DNA of 64,000 nucleotides from the human T2T-CHM13v2.0 reference genome, Homo sapiens. A program made the position numbers and the translations under genes. The DNA is taken from positions 23,616,001 to 23,680,000 of the forward strand of contig CP068257.2 of NCBI GenBank assembly GCA_009914755.4. The letters are read 5' to 3'. Positions 13,404 to 27,359 of this stretch are shown here, piece by piece. Position 1 is the first letter of the stretch; each line of letters begins with the position of its first letter. The notes under the pieces were generated by a model. The model was not told where the DNA came from and did no database searches. It worked only from the letters and a program-made list of their open reading frames with translations.

Positions 13404-14399
13404 CAAGATTACTCACATTATAACAAATTGTAAGGGTTCCCTTTTCTAATACATAACAATTCATAATTACTGTGTGGTTTTAGGGCTTAAGTAACATGTT
13501 CGCAGTCCAGGCAGTAATTCAGTTTGTTAGCCTGGCAATTTGAGATAACTTCACCTGCCAACAGAACCCTAGATGTCATTCATTCTGTCACTACATTAGT
13601 ATTGTCAGTACCATGACATCATGGCATTGCTTTTTCCAATCTACTTTCCAAAAGTAGAAAGTGATTCTTTCTACTTTTTCTTATTTCTTGCAAGAAACTG
13701 CAATAGTTTTACCTGCTTGTGAAAAAAATATATTCTTTAGTTTTTGATGCAATCATGATGAAAAAAAGATAATGTATACATTTTAGGTTGAAATTGTGCT
13801 TCTAAATTCCTACAGAAAAATTAGATAAGCCTAGCAATAATTTTAACAAGGATTATATACAAAACATAGGACATTTACAGTGTTTTTCATCTATTTAAAC
13901 AAACTCTTTGACCAAAAATACTGTAATTTCATATTCCTATTTTGTTTTACATTATGCTTTTACATCTGTATTTTTGCTAAATATAATCAAATATTGTTCT
14001 CCAATAACTCTATATGTTATGTTATTTCAATATGGAAAGTACTGAATCAGTACCTCCAGAACTGAAGCTCCTTCACCAATACATCAAAAGGTGTCAATAA
14101 GTGTTTGCTTTCTTTCTTCCTATTATCAATCAATATTCCTTTTACCAATGTGCCTGAAGTCACACTTGTAAATAAATGTTCTCTCATTCTTTCCTACTTT
14201 CACCTTCTAGGTTTTTTATTAATATAATTTTAACTAAGGATCTCTTAATAAATAAATAAAAGAGAGTTTAAAAGCATGAGCTTTGACATAAACTTGGTAG
14301 AAAATATTTGTAAGCCACGTATCTGACAAGGGCTTAAAATTCAATATATGAGAAACTGACATGACTCAATAACAAAAAGGTAAATAACCCTATTAAAAA

Positions 14400-15302
14400 A
14401 CAGGTAAAGGACCTAAAAAGACATTTTTACAAAGAAGACATTTAAAATATGGCCCACAAGTGTATGAAAAGGTGATCGACATCACTAATCATCAGAGAAA
14501 TACAAATCAAAATCACAATAAGGTGTCACTTCACACTGTCAGGGAGGCTATTGTCAAAAAGCCAAAAGATAACAAGTATTGGCAATGGCATGGAGAAAAG
14601 GTACACCTTGTACACTGTTGTTGGGGATTTAAGTTACTATAACCATTTTTTTTAAGTATGAACATTCATCCAAAATTTAAAAATAGAAATACCACATGAT
14701 TGAGCAGTCTCACTTCTGGGTTGACTGCCAAAGAAAATAAAATCATTATCTCAAAGAAATGTATGAACTCCAATGTTCTTTTGCAGTATTATTTATAATA
14801 GCCAAGATATGGAAACTACATAAAAATTTGTCAACATATAAATGAATAATGAAATGTTGCACATATACATGTCTTACGTATAATGAAATATTATTAAGTC
14901 TTTAGAAAAAAGTAAATCCTACCATTTGCAATAATTTGCAAGTCAAATTTATAGTAATAGAGAGTAGGAAGGAGGTTACAGGACAGAAGAAAGAAAAGGG
15001 TAGATATTGATCAAAGTGCATGAAGATAGATAAGATAGATAAGTACTACAGACCTAATGTAAAGCATGGTGTCTATAGTTAGTAATAATGTATTACATAC
15101 TTGAAATTTACCAAGGGAATAGATCTCAAGTGATCTCACCACAAAAAATAAAATGGTAACTGTGAGATGATGAATGTATTAATTAGCTTGATTGTGGTAA
15201 TCATTTCACAATTAGTATGTATATCAAAACATCACATTTTATACCCTTAAATACATATAATTTTTGTTTGTCAATCATACATCAATAAAGCTGGGAAAAA
15301 AA
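14400..15302 (+). mobile_element. LINE-1 3' fragment, old L1M (L1MB/MC-like) ORF2 C-terminus plus 3' UTR
   Basis: ORF 14460-14642 (ITNHQRNTNQNHNKVSLHTVREAIVKKPKDNKYWQWHGEKVHLVHCCWGFKLL) matches the L1 ORF2 C-terminal region. Downstream sequence ...gagagtaggaaggaggttacagg...ctaatgtaaagcatggtgtctatagttagtaataatgtattacatacttgaaatttaccaagggaatagatctcaagtgatctcaccac...gtaatcatttcacaattagtatgtatatcaaaacatcacattttatacccttaaatacatataatttttgtttgtcaatcatacatcaataaagctggg is the characteristic L1M 3' end. Confidence 0.85.
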
Positions 15303-18300
15303 CTTGAGTTCAGATTTCAGTTCCACCCCTTACTGGCTTTACAACTTTGGCCAAATGCTTTTTTAATACTGTTTTTAAACTTTCTGCGCCTTAATTTTCT
15401 CTTTTGTAAAATATATATCTTTAGGCATAGAGTAGCTATGACATTTAAGTGAGATAATGTATATGAAACTGTAAGCAGTGCCTGCCACATAGAAAATGAT
15501 CAGTAAATTTCTCTAGTCATGACTACAGGTATAATTACTGGTTATGAATTCGATAAAGACAAGAACAAGATTTATATTCAGATGTGATAATGCTCTTATC
15601 CAAGCTAGAGAAAAAATACAAGCAATATTATATTTTACATTTTCCAATTTGAACATTTAAAATGTTACAGCAAAAGAACTAAAAATAGAAACCTTCACGT
15701 GTGAATTTTTTTAAAAAGTTTTAAAGGAGGTCAGCAAGTATTTGACTGAATGGGCTAATACAAGAGACCATATGAATAAATTTTTGAGTCAAGGACCGTG
15801 TTTGAGCATGCTCCTGAAAAAAAAATGCAGGTGCAATACAGTCTGCTATGCTGTCTCTCACCTGCTGTGAATGGATCATAATGAGTGGGCACATAAAGGT
15901 ATCAGATAATTATAAGTCTTCAGGATCTAACTTCTTATTCATCTCTGGCAGATGTGTTATCTGAAAGTATAATTTTTATGCCACCTGCAGTGCAGCAGCT
16001 GAATATTTCTGGCTTTAGAAGTAGGAAGCTTACAATTCACACTGTACTGTGCCTGCCCCCCTGGGGTTATAGTGAATTGAACTATAACAGTCCCATGTCA
16101 AGAATAAAATATTGTGCAGTGAATTCTTTAGTTTTCTACTTTAAGTTAGGTGGCTGCACTAACTTTAAACATGTTGCCTCATATTCAAAGGAGGATATTT
16201 TGTAGAAGAAGGACACTTTAGTTCATACCGAATAAGTATATAAATATTATGGAAATATGAACACTATATTTGCTTTTCATTATTTTTGCTAATACAAAAT
16301 TATTTGAATTCCAGTTCTCAAAAGGCTTTTCAATTAATGTATCTAAGATTAAAAATCGAATCTAGTTGAGAGCCAGTAAAACAAGTCATCAAAATGTACA
16401 TTCTAGTTATCCAGATATCTGAGTTCTTAAAGACTCTGAAGGTTCTTAAAAAACTAAACTTCAAAATTTCAAGAAAAACCTTTAAAATGTTTTCCTTAAA
16501 CAAATGTTTTTTAAAAAAAATCCCTACAGCAATGATGTATTCACATATAAATGCTAGTCTATATGAAAGTCTCTTATTTTATAAAACCAGCATAGAAAAT
16601 GATTTTGTAAATGTGCTTTGAAATCTCAACTTTTTATTTTTCCCAATAATCTTATAAAAACATAACAAAGTACCTATAAATCAATGGGGAAACTGCATGT
16701 TAATTTAATAAGTAAGATAAATATTGAATCCTTTGTTGTCTTATTTTATCAGATATTTTTTACTTCAAAGGTCAGCAATTCAACATTTATTCCAGCAGAT
16801 GCGATCAGTAATGTAAGCCTTCAAAAGAGAAAACAATCAAAAAAGGTATTTTCATTATATTCCCGCATTTATATTTGAAGAGGAGTGTGTATTTACAATG
16901 CTGTAAAACTGGTGATATTCCTCAACGTTTCTCTGTATGTGAATACATCAAAAAAGAACCTAGAATTACCAGTCTCCCTCATTTTCAGAGCTATTTTCAG
17001 TTTTATTTCTATTTAAAAGACTTTTGTTGGTGCTGAATCTAATTTTATTAAGAGAACTCAGAATTCCTTACTTTCTAATAAAAGATTACATGCAATATAA
17101 AAAGAAACAAAATCATGTAAGATTTTCCCAAATTTTGGAGAACTGAGAAGAGAGAAACTCAGAGTAAAACTACATTATCTATTGTCTAATTATGCTTATG
17201 AGAGCTTAAATATTTGCAAAAAGCAAGTTTCTAAACATATCACAGAGTCAAAGAGAGTTAAAAACCATCTTCATTACAAAAATGGCAAAACAGTCAGGCT
17301 CATGTAGATGGTTGTTGTACCACGGAACTCTTATTTAATCTGTTTCATGATAGTCAGTTCCCATATGGTTCCTTAAAACTGATCATACTTGCTTATGCTT
17401 ATTTATCAAAACTCAAAACCTAAATAGATGAAAAATATGCTTATAGGACATTGGTGATGCCCACAAGTTTGAGTTGCCTCCCAACAGTCCAGAAACCTAA
17501 TTTAGAAACTTCTCATACATAAAACTACCCTTTGGTCAATGTGATTCAAAGATTCAATGTTTTTTACTTCAGTAGCCCACATTTAACAAAAAATTTTAGA
17601 CACCTTTTTCATAAAAGGTTTATTCTTTGCTACCTAAAAGTTCTTTTAATTGTACTCCTGCATTAAAACAGCATCTCATGTAAGAATAAGACAGCTGACG
17701 TTTTTTAAAATTTCACAGCAAATAATCGTATATTCTTTTTCCTTTAGTTTATTAACCATTTTCTATCTGTTATTTCACACTGATTAAAACAGAGCTAAAG
17801 ATACCAAAAAATTTAATTTAAAAAAAACTGTGTGGATGTGAAAGTAGCAAATGTTTATGCATAGGCTAGAGACAAAGTAGTATGTCTCCTCCCTGCAGTA
17901 AAACTCCACTCTCTGAACAATGGGTCTAGAAACTGTGTATTTGTGTACCCACACCTAAGCTACTGTTCAAAAAGGGTCTGTTTTTACTTATGTATGTAGC
18001 TAAACTTTCACAGCATTCTGAGCAGAGGGGCAGAGAGAGCCTGGAATTTTATATTACATTTAAGCCTAGAGATAGTAATAACCATTATTAAGTATATTTA
18101 ATTATTGAACAACGTGAGGGTTAGGAGAATCAACCATCCAACACACTTGAAAATGCATGTAAAACTTTTGACTTCTCAAAAACTTAACTAATAGCCTACT
18201 GTTGACTGGAAGGAAGCCTTGCCACCAAATTAACATATGTTTTATATGTAATATATATTATACACTGTATTCTCACAATAAAGTAAGCTAGAGAAAAGAA

Positions 18301-20370
18301 AATGTTATTAAGAAAATCATAAGAAAGAAAAGATACGTTTACAGTGCCATACTGTGTTTATCAATACCGTAAATTTACACCATCTTTTTGTAAGATCAAT
18401 CATCTGTCTGAAATAGTAGACAACCACAGCTGCAGACCTCAAACTAAAGTACGTATAAAATAATTCAACTTTTTCTTGTAATGTCATGACTTTTCTCTGT
18501 TTGGGGGAGCACTTCTAGCATCACTGGTAGCACTTCATATGAGTCCCATGGCGTTTTTCAGCGTTTATGATATTGCACTAAACACAATGGGAAATACATG
18601 AGAGCTTCCAGAAATCCCTTTTTTCTATAATAGGCAATTTACTGGAGAGGCAAACTGCTCACTTGGAGATGATTAGCCTCGCCTTGGATATTTGCAACAC
18701 TGAGCTCACCACAATAGCAACAAAGGTGGCTATCAAATTATTATACTAGTACAGAATGTACTACAGAAAATTGTATGAAATTATGATTTAATATGGCATC
18801 TTTATATTTATTTACATATTCTCCTTTATGAAAGACAGCATGTATATTCTCTAAGTATTTGTGTGCATACGTTTTGATAAATTTTAACTTTTTATAATAG
18901 GTTTGTGTATATCTTATGGTAGTAAGTGATAAAATAGACTAGTACCTACGTCTATTTTATGCATTCATGACATATACTTTTCTTAATTTGGTGATATTTC
19001 TATGCTATGCAGTTTGCAAGTTTTTTCAAATCTTTGTTAATCTAAAAAAAAATACAATCTATGTATTTACTGAAAAAAATCTACATATAAGTGGGTCTAT
19101 GCAGTTCATATTCATGTTGCTCGAGGATCAAGTGTATTTACCACCAAGAACATAAGGGAAGTCATATTCATACCTACCCATGAATACATTAGCTGTGCAC
19201 AAAGTTAAAAGGAGATGTGCTCCAGTTGTGGGAGTTCACAGAAGTAAGATTCTGGGAAGAGTCCATAAAAAGCACCAAGGTTAATTTTACATGCCAACGG
19301 GCCATAAGCTTCCTAGACATCCACTTAAATTCTGTTCTGGGTGTGTCTGTGAAGGTATTTTGGGATGAGATTAGCATACAGCATATGAACGAATCAGGAG
19401 ACTAAATATTTAAAACACATAGCCCTCCCCACCATGATTGTGCCTCAACCCATCTTTTGAAGACCAAAATAGAACAAAAAGCCAGAGAAGGAGAAAATTT
19501 GCTCTATCGACCTGACTGTCTTCAAGCTGGGACATCAGTCTTCTTCTGCTTTCCAACTCAGATGGAAATTTACACCATCAGCTCGACTGGTTCTTAGGAC
19601 TCAGACTGGAGCTCTACTGTCAGCTCTCCTAGGTAAGGAGACCCAGATCCCTCTCCCGTAACACACCCCACGACATGTGCAGATTTCAACTGCTGCTCAT
19701 TGTGCTACCCTACGGGAATTGGGGTTCAGGGAGCTGGTGCAATTGCCGATACTCTGGCCATTGCCATTCCTGTGAATGAAGAGTCCCTTGCCTGACCCAG
19801 GAGTCTCGTCTCTCATGTCCACATCCATTAAGCCGTAGTTGACTAATTGTTAGCTTGACTGTAAGGTAAAATCTCAGGGCCTTCCCAGTTCTTCACAGGT
19901 ACTAACTAGTTACTTCTTTCTGTAATTCTCTATTACATTAGTTAGCATGGGCTAGATTAAGCTGTAGTACCAAAGAATATTTTAATGCAGCATCTCATCC
20001 AGCCAAATTCTGCAGTGGTTCTAGGTGAATCTCCAGAGCATCTGTCCTCCACATGTAGACTCTGCCTCTGGCTGCTTCATTCTGATGTTTTCTCCTTATA
20101 AACTGTTGCTGCCAATTTATGAGAAATAGCTGGCTGGGAAGTTGAGCTTCGAAAACCAAATGCTTTCCCCCATGAGCGTCATATGTCACTCCCTCTCATG
20201 GTCATTGGTCAAAGGAAGTTACCCAGGCACACCTAGTATTAAGGAGTATGCGAGTGCCATCTCCCCATGTGCCTGAAGGTAGAGGAATGAGATTAACATA
20301 TGAATATTTCATATTCAATGGAGAAGAATATTTATAAATAGTAAAAATGGTTACTAGGACTCTTACATTA

Positions 20371-21230
20371 TTTTTTATTTTACAATTTTAAGCTCTTTAA
20401 ATTTATTTTAATCAATTTTTAGGGTTTCTTGCTTTATTAAGATATGACTGATAAATACAAATTGTATATATTTCACATGTACAATGTGCTGTTTTGATAT
20501 ATATATACATTGTGAAATGATTACCATAATAAAGCTAATTAACGTATCCACCATCACCTCATGTAGTTACAACAGTGTGTGTGATGAGAACACTTAAGAT
20601 CTATTCTTTTAGTAAATTTCAAGTCTATAATACAGTATTATTAACTGTAGTCATTATGTTATACATTAGATCTCCATAATGTATTTATCCTGCATATCTG
20701 AAACTCTGTTCCCTTTGGTCAACATCTCATCATTTCTCCCACCATCACCCACCAAGTTCCTGGCAACCAACATTCTATCCTCTGCTTCTATGAGTTTGAC
20801 TTTTTTAGATTCTAAATAAAAGCTAGATGGTGCAATATTTGTCTTTTTGTGCCTGCTTTATTTCACTTAGCATGATGTCCTCCAGGTTCAACCATGTTGC
20901 CAGAAAATACAGGATTTCTCTCTTTCTTGAGGTGGAACAATATTCTATTGTGTGAATGCATCACATTTTCTTTATTCATTCACTCATCAATGGACACTTA
21001 GGTTGTTTCCATGTCTTGGGTATTGTGAATAATGCTGCAGTGAACACAGCAGTGTAGATATCTATCTGAGATACTGATTTCAAAAAGTTAAAAGTAGAAC
21101 AATTTTTATCATCCAGCAATTTCACTGCTGGGTATATATTCAGTGGAAAATTTTAAGCTTCTTGTGGGCAGAAATGGTCTTACTCTTTTAAATAATTCTC
21201 CACAATGCCTTACACAGCATAATCACCTAA
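20371..21230 (-). mobile_element. LINE-1 3' fragment (old L1PB/L1MA-type), minus orientation
   Basis: On the + strand the sequence reads as the reverse complement of an L1 3' end. Signatures are ...ttttacaattttaagctc...atccaccatcacctcatgtagttacaac...ctgcatatctgaaactctgttccctttggtcaacatctcatcatttctcccaccatcacccaccaagttcctggcaaccaacattctatcctctgcttctatgagtttgacttttttagattc...cttagcatgatgtcctccaggttcaaccatgttgccag...cattttctttattcattcactcatcaatggacacttaggttgtttccatgtcttgggtattgtgaataatgctgcagtgaacacagcagtg...ccagcaatttcactgctgggtatatattcag. A poly-T (reverse-complement A-tail) lies at about 20371-20381. Confidence 0.85.
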
Positions 21231-22657
21231 GCATTCATTTTACTGATTAATTTTTATTTAATCTAAAAAATTACCATCTTTACTGAGTTATAAGAGGCAG
21301 GCAATAACAGCTGAAATCAGAATAATCAGTCCTTTGAATTACAGCCTTGAAGATGAATGTCTAGGCTATGTAAGCAGATTGTTCACAGCAGAGGGTGAGA
21401 AACAGAGTAAGTCTCTCCCATATTTTGGTGTGATTGATAATAAGCTGAAATACTAGCAGAACTAGGGCTTGTCTAATGGTAACTCTGCTTTAAACCTAGA
21501 ATTTCATTTCTCATCTTTAGGTCAATGTTTCCCAAAGTGCTAAGATATGAATAGGTGTTATATGGCAAAGTAAGGGCCTGTGGTCAACTAACTTCAAGAA
21601 ATTCTGGGATTCACAAAGCTAAAGAGGTCTATTTACTGCAGAGCTTCTCAGAGCCTCCAATATGATTTATTTAAAGCACTTTGTGAATTAATTGAGGAAG
21701 ATATAGTACTTGCTAAAGTATATATGTGGACATCTTAGCCTATGTCATTCCCAAAAGCAGAGATTGTGTATTTGGGAAACGATCTCAGGGAGCAGGTATG
21801 AGGAACCAGAAGAGTAGAAAAAAGAGATAAGCAAAAAAATAATGATAAGATTTGTATTACAAATGTGTTGTTATGAGTAACTAGTGCTAGATTTATCTAG
21901 GATCTTCTGAGAAGGCTTAATGGAATGAGACTAAGAAATCTACAACTTGGCAAGCAAGGGGCAAGCACTTATCAATTCCCTCCAGGCCTAGGGTAGCCTC
22001 ACAGGTATTGTCTTCCCCACATTCCCAGCATTTGTGTATGTGAGCACAGAGTGTGTTGTCTTAGACCTTCCACCCTGCATTATCAAGGGAGCCCAGAGGA
22101 TACGGTGAGAGACATGTGGACCTGGCTTGAGGAAGGGGTGCTGCCTGGTTACACCTGTCCTCAGCCTTTCAGAGCATGCTCAAAACCAGTTGCTGCAGCA
22201 GCTTCTGGGAAAAAAGTTGGGACCAGAATGATTTGCAGTGGTATACAATGGTTTTTAATAAAATGCCAGGCTTCTCTTTTCAGAAAGCATTCTACAAAAT
22301 TACTTTGGAAAAATCTAATGAAAGTTTCCTCTACTATAAAAGTAGAGGAAAAAAGCTACCATACAAGTTTAAGACATAACGAAGTACAGTATATGGCTAA
22401 CAAATGTTCTTAAATATAAAAAGATACTTTAAAATTTTGTTAAGAGGATAGATCTTACGTTAAGTGTTCTTAACACCCACATGCACACACACACACACCA
22501 AAGGGATACATGGAAATTTGGGGAGGTGTTGAATATGCCAATTTTTTTATTGTCATGAAGGTATCAGGGATATTTGCATATGTCCAAACTCATTGAATAG
22601 GACACATTAAATATGTTTATTTATTTGTATTATTTGTAAATATAGAGAGACTGAATT

Positions 22658-22662
<5 letters not shown>

Positions 22663-22696
<34 letters not shown>
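22663..22696. repeat. (TG)n microsatellite, about 17 units
   Basis: tgtgtgtg... read directly. A shorter (CA)n lies at about 22484-22498. Confidence 0.9.
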
Positions 22697-22698
<2 letters not shown>

Positions 22699-24039
22699 TG
22701 TAACCAATACCTGCATTTTTTCAGAATTTTTAAATTTATTTTTCAAGTAATTCTAAGTATGACCTAAAAGGTAAAGGACTCACATTCTGAAGCAAAACAA
22801 ACCTGGATTAGTAATAATGAGTCTTCCTAGAATTTGAAAGCAAATAAAGTTGTAAAGAAAATTCTGATTTAAATTCTGAGCAACACTGGCTGTAACAAAA
22901 TGTTTATAGTTATTGTAAAATGCCTGAAAATCTGTTTTTACAAATAATATCTTATTTTCTATAAAAAGCTTTATATCCTCAATTCTTAGGTTTTTATTTT
23001 ATAAAGGCATTCATGGAATCTAATGAGATTATTATTACTTCCACAAGTGTAACATCTGTAGCTCAATTAAAAGCAAGACTACAGAAGCACCATTCAACAA
23101 TACAAACATTCTCAAGTTGTGTACACAAGGATAAACATCCATTAAGTAATCAGCTTAAAAGAGAGGTGCTATGAGGCAGAAACAAGAAAATAACAATCAA
23201 GAAAAGCAGTTTTAAAATGAGAGGGAATGATAAGCTAGAAAATTGACTTCTAATACAACAGGGTAGGCAATTTTTTTCATACATATATTTGAAGTCCTTA
23301 CCATTGATTTTTTCTACACCTTTGACCAAAAAATTATTTTCTTAATGTTTCTAATTATTTTCTCCAAAATATTACATTGAACCATAGTTTTCAAAATGAA
23401 CTTTGTCATTGAGTCAGTTTAGAAATGATGGAAAATGGAATAAGACCACCATTAATTATGTGTTCCTGGATGGTTTAACTGTTCTCTTTCCTCACCTGCC
23501 AGATGGCAATAATAATGCTTGCTACCTAAGAGGGCTATGGAATTCCCAAATGAATGGTGTTATGTGAAAGCAATATACAGTTACTATTCTCAAGAAAGCA
23601 GGTCAAATACTTTCCTGCAGGTAGTAATGAAGTTGTTTCCTCGTCATTGTGTTTTTATACCCATGAGTTTGAATTGAGAGCTTTTCATTTTTTTCAAGTC
23701 TAATATCAAATATACTTCTTACTTTAACCTATGGGCTAATATACCATTTGATCTAAGTCTGTTTTCCATATCCAAATCTATTATTCCACAATATCACTGC
23801 CAGTAAACATTCAGACTCTAAAATTCAAGTTTCAGAAATAAATTCAACTAGGTTTATCAAGAAGCAAATTTTCAGTGCTGCAGACTGCATTAGTGTTGTT
23901 CATTATAATTACAAAATACTATTGTTAAAGAAAAATTGCACCCATCAAGATGAGCAAACAGAAATTGTTATTCCAACACCATTTCCAGCAACAAGGGAAA
24001 GAACACAGACCAACTCCTAATACTCAGCTCTGATAAAAC

Positions 24040-24887
24040 AAAGGGCCAGAAAGGACATGAACAGATGCTTTTCAAAAGAAGACATACATGCTGCCAATAG
24101 GCATATGGAAATATGTTCAACATCACTAACCACTAGAGAAATGCAAATCAAAATCACAATGAGATACCATTTCACACTAGTCAGAATGGCTATTATTAAA
24201 AAGTCAAGAAACAGATGCTGGTGAGGTTGTGGAGAAACGGGAATACGTTTACACTGTTGGTGGGAGTGTAAATTAGTTTAACCATTGTAGAAAGCAGTGT
24301 GGTGATTCCTCAAGAAGTTAAAAACAGAACTACCATTCAACCCAGCAATCTCATTACTAGGTTTGTACCCAAAGAAATATAAACTGTCTTATCATAAAGA
24401 CAACAGGCACCTGTATGTTTACTATGGCACTATTCACTATAGTAAGGACATGGAGACAACCTAAATGCCCATCAATGGCAGACTGGAAAAGAAACTATGG
24501 TAATATTCAGCATGGGATACTATGCAGCCATAAAAAAGAATGAGATCACGTCCTTTGCAGGGACATGGATTGAGCTAGAGGCCATTATCCTAAGAAAACT
24601 AACGCAGAAACAGAAAACCAAATACTATGTGTCCTCACTTATAAGGGGGAGCTAAATGATGAGAACACATGGACACAAAAAGAGGAGCAACAGACACTGG
24701 GACTTACTTGAGGATGGAGGGTGGAAGGAGGGAAAGGATCAGAAAGAAAAAATAATTATTGGGTACCAGGCTTAGTACCTAGGTGACAGAATAATCTGTA
24801 CATCAAACCCCCATGACACAAGTTTACATGTATAACAAACTTGCACATGTATCCCTGAACCTAAAATAAAAGTTAAATTTAAAAAAG
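24040..24887 (+). mobile_element. LINE-1 3' fragment, L1PA-type (intermediate age)
   Basis: ...catcactaaccactagagaaatgcaaatcaaaatcacaatgagataccatttcacactagtcagaatggctattattaaaaagtcaagaaacagatgctggtgaggttgtggagaaacgggaatacgtttacactgttggtgggagtgtaaattagtttaaccattgtagaaagcagtgtggtgattcctcaa... ...atactatgcagccataaaaaagaatgagatcacgtcctttgcagggacatggattgagctagaggccattatcctaag... ...caaacccccatgacacaagtttacatgtataacaaacttgcacatgtatccctgaacctaaaataaaagttaaatttaaaaaa. These are the canonical L1 ORF2 C-terminus and 3' UTR. The 5' boundary (about 23975-24040) is approximate. Confidence 0.9.
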
Positions 24888-25737
24888 AGCTGGGGTAGGG
24901 GGATGTTAGACTTTCTCTGTTTGCTAATTGGCTTTACCCAATGGAAAAGAAACTTTCTCCTGTCTTTATGACAGGAGGTAATTTTACAACTTGAAATAAG
25001 ATGCCCATGGAAGTTAAGCTCCTACATTTGCAAAGAGGAGGGGAGATGGGATTCTATCTTCCCTGATGATTACATTTCAAAGGGATGGTTCCCAGGAGCT
25101 TTAGAAAGACTGTCCTGGATTGAAAAACTGGCAAGAGGCTTTTTAAAAGATTTACATCTCAAAGGGAAATAGAAAAAAATTTAATTACAAGTTTTCTAAA
25201 GTGAATGGTGAGGACTAGAGCTAGGAAGAAACGTGTCTAAGGTTTAGTCAAGCTGCGGGCAGAGCAACGTGAAAGCTGTCTTGGTCACTGTCAATGTGCA
25301 AAACTTAAGCCAATTTTATCTCCTGTTCCCCAATAGCTAATAATTTAGATGGAAGACAAGAAAGACAATAATAATGATAAATAAGTTCATTATATTTGTT
25401 TAGTTCTGTTCAGCTTACAAAGTACTTGTGGTGGATGGGAACAAGAAGTCCAAAATGAAATCTGAAGGGACAGAAATGATCTGGGGCTCACAGACTCTCA
25501 AAACTAGCACCCTACAGTTCCTGCCCAAGACAAAGCTCCAACTGAGAGTCAATCCAAGGAATGAATGACAAATTGAGAACAGAAACAGTAGACACAAAGA
25601 ACAAAGAATGTCCAGATGAAACTGAAGGAGGAGATAGATTCAGGAGTTCTCATGAAGTCCCATGTCTGTTTTTTAAAGAGTTTATAGGAACACCAGAAGG
25701 GGGAGCCTCAGTGCAGTAAAGTTAAAAGCTCTTCTGA

Positions 25738-26038
<301 letters not shown>

Positions 26039-27129
26039 ACAATCCCATTCTAAAAATACAGGAAATTCCTTCCACATAAAATTGTGCAATAGAAAAGGAT
26101 AAAGATAAAATTATATATTAAGTTATTATAATAAAACAGAGAATTATGTCTCTTCACGTATTGAAACTACACCAGAAAGATAAGCCTTCAAAAGAGATAA
26201 ACATGAACAGGAATTTTAAAATGAGGCAAAGACATCAGGGACCTTAAGAAATGAGTCAAGAGGTGTAGGAATAACATACATCAGAATAGAGAAATGCAGA
26301 GGTGAGGTGATAAATCTCCGGGGAAAAAAATATAAATAAATGTGTTAAAGCGAACTAAATATGGTTTAAGAAGGACTTTATACTTCTACATTTGAGTCCT
26401 TGTGGACGAATCATAATGTAGCTTAACAGGCAGACCAGATTGAAAACCTAACTTAGGTTGATTTCTTTTGTCTGTAAATTTGTTCTGACCACAGGCACCC
26501 CTGGAGTCTCTGAATCTGCTGTGATTCTGGAGGCTGCCTGATTCGCAAATCATTTCTCCTTTTTGTGCTCAGTTAAACTCCATCAAATTTAATTTGTCTT
26601 AAGTTTTCTTTTAACAAAAGAAAAAATTTTCTGAAACAAAAACAATAAAGGAAAACAAAAATGTAAGAATAAGCACAAAACATAATATTTTAAGAAAAAT
26701 AAAAGATTAAATGGAGAAAAACATTTAAAATAAAAAAGAAATGAAGAGATGAAAGGTTTTAATAGAAAGAGACAAAGTCAAGACAAAAAAGATTAACCAT
26801 ATAACAGGATTTACCAAAAGGGGGAAAAGAGCAAGCAGGAAAACAGCACAAATACTAAAAACTTTAAATCAAGTAAATGATCCATGAATAAAGAATTTGA
26901 GGTATCTATGTGAATTCATAAACTATTTCATATTTACAAACTGAAAAGACTCAGAAATAATGATTGATTCAGTAGCAACAAGCATCCCTAATTTTTACAT
27001 TGTGTTCTTAAAATACTATTTCCCAATAAAGACACCAACACTGTAAAAGATAAACTTGAAACATTTTGTCATACCAGATAGCAAGGACACTGCAAAAATT
27101 ATTAAGATTTTATTAAGAAGCCACAGAGA

Positions 27130-27359
27130 GGCCGGGTGCAGTGGCTCACACCTGTAATCCCAATACTTTGGAAGGCCAAGGCGGGCAGATCACTTGAGGT
27201 CAGGAGTTCGAGACCAGCCTGCCCAACATGGTGAAACCCTGTCTCTACTAAAAATATAAAATTAGCCAGGCATGGTGGTGTGTGCCTGTAAGCCCGGCTA
27301 CTTGGGAGGATGAGGCATTAGAATTGCTTGAACCTAGGAGGTGGAGGTTTCAGTGAACC
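27130..27359 (+). mobile_element. Alu SINE, plus orientation, 3'-truncated (no A-tail)
   Basis: ggccgggtgcagtggctcacacctgtaatcccaatactttggaaggccaaggcgggcagatcacttgaggtcaggagttcgagaccagcctgcccaacatggtgaaaccctgtctctactaaaaatataaaattagccaggcatggtggtgtgtgcctgtaagcccggctacttgggaggatgaggcattagaattgcttgaacctaggaggtggaggtttcagtgaacc. It stops about 45 bp short of the Alu 3' end with no poly-A, so it was truncated by a later deletion. Confidence 0.9.
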
